Positions 60,806 through 64,000 of a DNA stretch of 64,000 nucleotides are shown in pieces. The position numbers and the translations under genes were made by a program. Each line of letters starts with the position of its first letter. Position 1 is the stretch's first letter. The notes below the pieces were generated by a model. The model did not search any database. It saw nothing but the letters and a program-made list of their open reading frames with translations, and had not been told where the DNA came from. This DNA is from Macrostomum lignano (lineage: Eukaryota), in assembly GCA_002269645.1 (NCBI GenBank), contig NIVC01000361.1, positions 62,001 through 126,000 on the forward strand, given 5' to 3'.

Positions 60806-62388
60806 CCCCATAGTAAGGATCATGACATGGGTACGCTAGAATAAAAAGATAGCCAATGAAACCCAGTGGAACCCAGTGATACGCCAACGGACCAGAGGGG
60901 GGGGGGGTAGAGATAGCAGTGCACGTAAAGGATTAGAAATTGAAATCAAAATAGAAATTTGCTATTTTCCAAAATCAAAATTGAAATTTTCCAAAATCAA
61001 AATTCAGAAAAACAAATTTTAGTACAATTAACACTTGTTTTCATTTGTGTTGAAATTTCAATGACTTTAACGAAAGAAAATTAATACCAGGATAAACTTT
61101 TTTTCTTCTTTTTCAATTTTAAAAAACAGTTTTTTAAAAATAAACTTTTTGCATCAGGATTCAAGATATTGTAGATAGGCAAGGCCCCATGCCCATGGTG
61201 GCATGACATTAATTGTGTATCGTGGCACACCATTGCATGCCATGGGGTACTTTCTCTAAACCATGGTAAGCCATATATGCTGAAATTGGCCCAAAATTTC
61301 TGTGTATGCCAGAATTTTCCAAGTAAAATGCCATCTTCTTGACTATGGCCCTCTAGATAGTTCCCCCTATTGCAACCTAATTTTCACTTTGTATATGACT
61401 TTTTTTGCCTTTTCTCTTTTCTCCTTCCTTCTTTTTTTTCTTTTTCTTTACCTTTTATTCTTTCTTCCAATTTTTTGTTTTTTTCATTTTTTTGTTACTT
61501 ATCTTGGCTGGTGGCCATTTTACCTATCTAGCCACATTGTGGAAAGTGTAATATATGCCAGAAAATTCTGGCATACAAACACTTTAGCTTGTATACATCT
61601 AGTATACAAATGCTTTAGCTAATGTACATATGGCATACAAGGAGGAAATAAAACTTTTTGGCACAATAATTAGCTTACAATTTATATCTATATATGTTCA
61701 AGCTTGTGTTGCAGTAAACAAAAGTGTTAAAGTATGTATCATAATTGTGTAAATTACATTAAACAATCCTTTACTATAATAAAATTTATTTTAATTTTTT
61801 TAAATAGGCCTAATATCTTAGATAATAATAATAACAATAATATCTAGACTATTATATTATATTATATATCTATTAATATCTTAATAATAATAACATATTA
61901 ATAGATGGTATATATAATAAGTTTACAGTTACTAGTGAAAAATATAAGCCCTACCTAAAACAATAATAATATATCAATAATTTTACTTTGGCTTCTGATT
62001 TAATGAGGTTTAACCTTGCAAAAATAGGCAAAACAGGGCCTAAAATTTTTTTATTTACTTTTTGATTAGACCTTTGGGTGACATTTAGGTTATGTCAAAA
62101 TAGTCAATTTATTAGATGTTGGAAAGTGGGGTCAGAAAAATTAGATCTTAGCTACAGCAAAATAGACTGCTACAATTGAGGCCTAATAATAACTAGGCCT
62201 AAAAAAGCTAAAAAATTAGTGGAGTAGGTCAGATCAGACTAGAACGGTATAAGTAGTTTTTGATTCGCAAAATTTACCTTTCAAGTTCTAGAATTCGGAC
62301 CGCTTCTCGGCCAAAAATCTTTGGCTAGAGGAATTGACAAATCAATATTAGACAAATTCTGGATAATGAAATTAAGTTTCGCAGCGCA

Positions 62389-62401
62389 GAACTTTCTAGA
62401 A
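62389..62401. promoter_or_regulatory. Heat-shock element (3 units) - candidate HSP60 promoter
   Basis: GAActTTCtaGAA is a perfect inverted nGAAn triple; a second TTCtaGAA at 62286-62293; minus-strand AAG|GTAAAT donor at 62277. Confidence 0.55.
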
Positions 62402-63069
62402 CAATCTAATCAACGCAGTGCTTATCAATAATTTTTGGTCAATCCAGTGTAAGCTTCAAGGTTAAAACAAAAAATAACCAAAACATTTTAAATTCGAATA
62501 GGTTTAATAAACTTATGCAGTCCATTTTTATAACTGTAAGTTTTAAAATGCAAAATGCTTGCGTACATGAAATTTTTTGTGGTTAAAAACGAGGTATATT
62601 AGTCCACGGACAATGGGTGCGTTCGCCCACACTATCAGCTACAATATTCAGTGGTCCTTGGTTCAATTAACATGTATATCATCTATGTGTGTGCTATTAT
62701 TAAGCATAAAACTGTACTGTATTGTATTACAATTTTTTTAAAACTAAAGCTTTTTTCATTGCTTAATTTTGTTGTGAAACTCGGTCCAGTTTTCGTGAAA
62801 TTTGTGAAATTCAGTCCATTTTTCATTTTCTGTAGTTACATGTACATGAATACGTAGGTGGCTTAGTAGAAAAAAAATTGTGCACGATAAATTTTCACGA
62901 AAATTTTTGGATTCGACAATCGATAGTAAATCCTAGTTAAAAATAATCCAACGGCAATTTGTATACTATGCTTTAAGTATATGGCTTCTAAAAGTTCTAG
63001 TATTAACTTCTATATAGTGGTCCTTGTGCTTAAATATAGTACATGTACATGAAATTGTTCCTAAATTTT

Positions 63070-63330
63070 TGTAGTGTCTAGAAGAACGTGGTTACTGCAC
63101 ATGCAGTATTATATCCTTGAAGCGGCTTGCGAGTGGAAGCTTGAAAAGCAGCAAGCGAGCAAAAGTTCTTGTGTATATTTGTTTAAGCATAGTCTTTATA
63201 CTTGAGAGAATAGGGAGGTGTGAGTCAGAGCGAACTGGCTGGCTGGGCAAAACTCCCCAGCAGCCAGGCGTGCAGGGGCCTGTGCACAGGCGGGCCCCGC
63301 TCTCAACCGTGCACCAGTCTGGTCGCCACA
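63070..63330 (-). mobile_element. Gypsy 3' LTR (261 bp)
   Basis: On minus: PPT GGGGGGGAGCTC directly followed by TGTGGCG...CACTACA; internal TATAAA. Confidence 0.82.
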
Positions 63331-63351
63331 GAGCTCCCCCCCAGCACCGAG

Positions 63352-64000
63352 CTATTCGGCCAAGGCCGCCGGGCTCGGACGGCACCGGCGGGGTGGCCGT
63401 TGGCGGCTGGGGAAAGCAGCAGTGCGTTGGGCCGCCGGCGGAATGTCGCCAGCTGAAGAGGCGGGGTCGGCGGCAGAGTGCGCTGGGGGCGGCTCAGCGG
63501 GCAGCCGCGGCGGGCGGCCTCTTGGTCGCAGGGCCGGCGTCGGGAATGGGTCGACCGCGTCGATGACGGCTGGCTTCAGTCTGTCCACTGACACTCGGTC
63601 GCGTCGAGTGCCCAGATCCAGCAGGAAAGCTTTGGCGTCCCGCTCGAGGACCTTGAACGGGCCGTCGTAAGGTCGCTGCAGCGGAGGGCGGTGGCCGTCG
63701 CGCCGGACGAAAACGAACTGGCAGGAGTCGAGGGCGGCCGGCCAAGCTGTGGGGCGGCTGCCGTGACGGGACGTCGGCGTCGGCCGGAATGCCTGGACGG
63801 CGCTGCGGAGCCAGGCGAGGAACTGGTCGTGGTCGCCGGCCGGCGGGCTGGGCTGCAGGCACTCGCCAGGCACGCAGAGGGGCGCTCCGTAGACCAGCTC
63901 GGCCGACGATGCCGGCAGGTCCTCCTTGGGGGCCGTCTGGATGCCGAGCAGCACCCAGGGTAGCTCGCTGACCCAGGCTGGTCCGGCCAGTCGCGTCATG
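63352..64000 (-). mobile_element. Gypsy/Ty3 pol C-terminus (integrase, GPY/F region), truncated by window edge
   Basis: W...LPWVLLGIQTAPKEDL..SSAELVYG..L.VPGE, VFVRRD...PLQRPYDGPFKVL, VSVDRLKP; stop at 63352 followed by a polypurine tract. Confidence 0.92.

Overview
Eukaryotic (animal) genomic DNA, not prokaryotic. GC-rich, Ala/Gln-rich exons, GT-AG introns packed with minisatellites and AT-rich intergenic DNA resemble a free-living flatworm such as Macrostomum; this is an inference and the species cannot be proven from the window. Four spliced protein-coding genes lie on the minus strand, and I phase-checked the splice junctions by hand: (1) a KDM3/JMJD1-family JmjC protein (6 coding exons, 23113->3299, ~1383 aa) whose Fe/2-OG ligands are substituted and which has a 1-nt frameshift at ~5495; (2) an unidentified ~1100-aa alpha-helical ARM/HEAT-like protein (5 exons, 43563->37452); (3) a 338-aa ankyrin + SOCS-box protein (2 exons, 48628->46972); (4) mitochondrial chaperonin HSP60 (4 exons, 55790->51244, 578 aa). 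Mobile DNA comprises a 698-bp P-superfamily-like MITE in an HSP60 intron, a 39-bp footprint of the same family (17+17 bp of TIR, 8-bp TSD), a decayed piggyBac with a 1027-bp solo LTR probably nested in it, the 3' end of a Gypsy element, hAT-like MITEs and a tRNA-derived SINE head. About 25 tandem-repeat arrays generate most of the supplied ORFs, which are artefacts. The best leads are the P-type 17-nt excision footprint, the pseudo-enzyme KDM3, a distal heat-shock element/candidate first exon for HSP60 beyond a TE cluster, an LTR carrying a MEF2/CRE/AP-1 cassette, and unrelated minisatellites sharing a GGCGCC (E2F-like) core.
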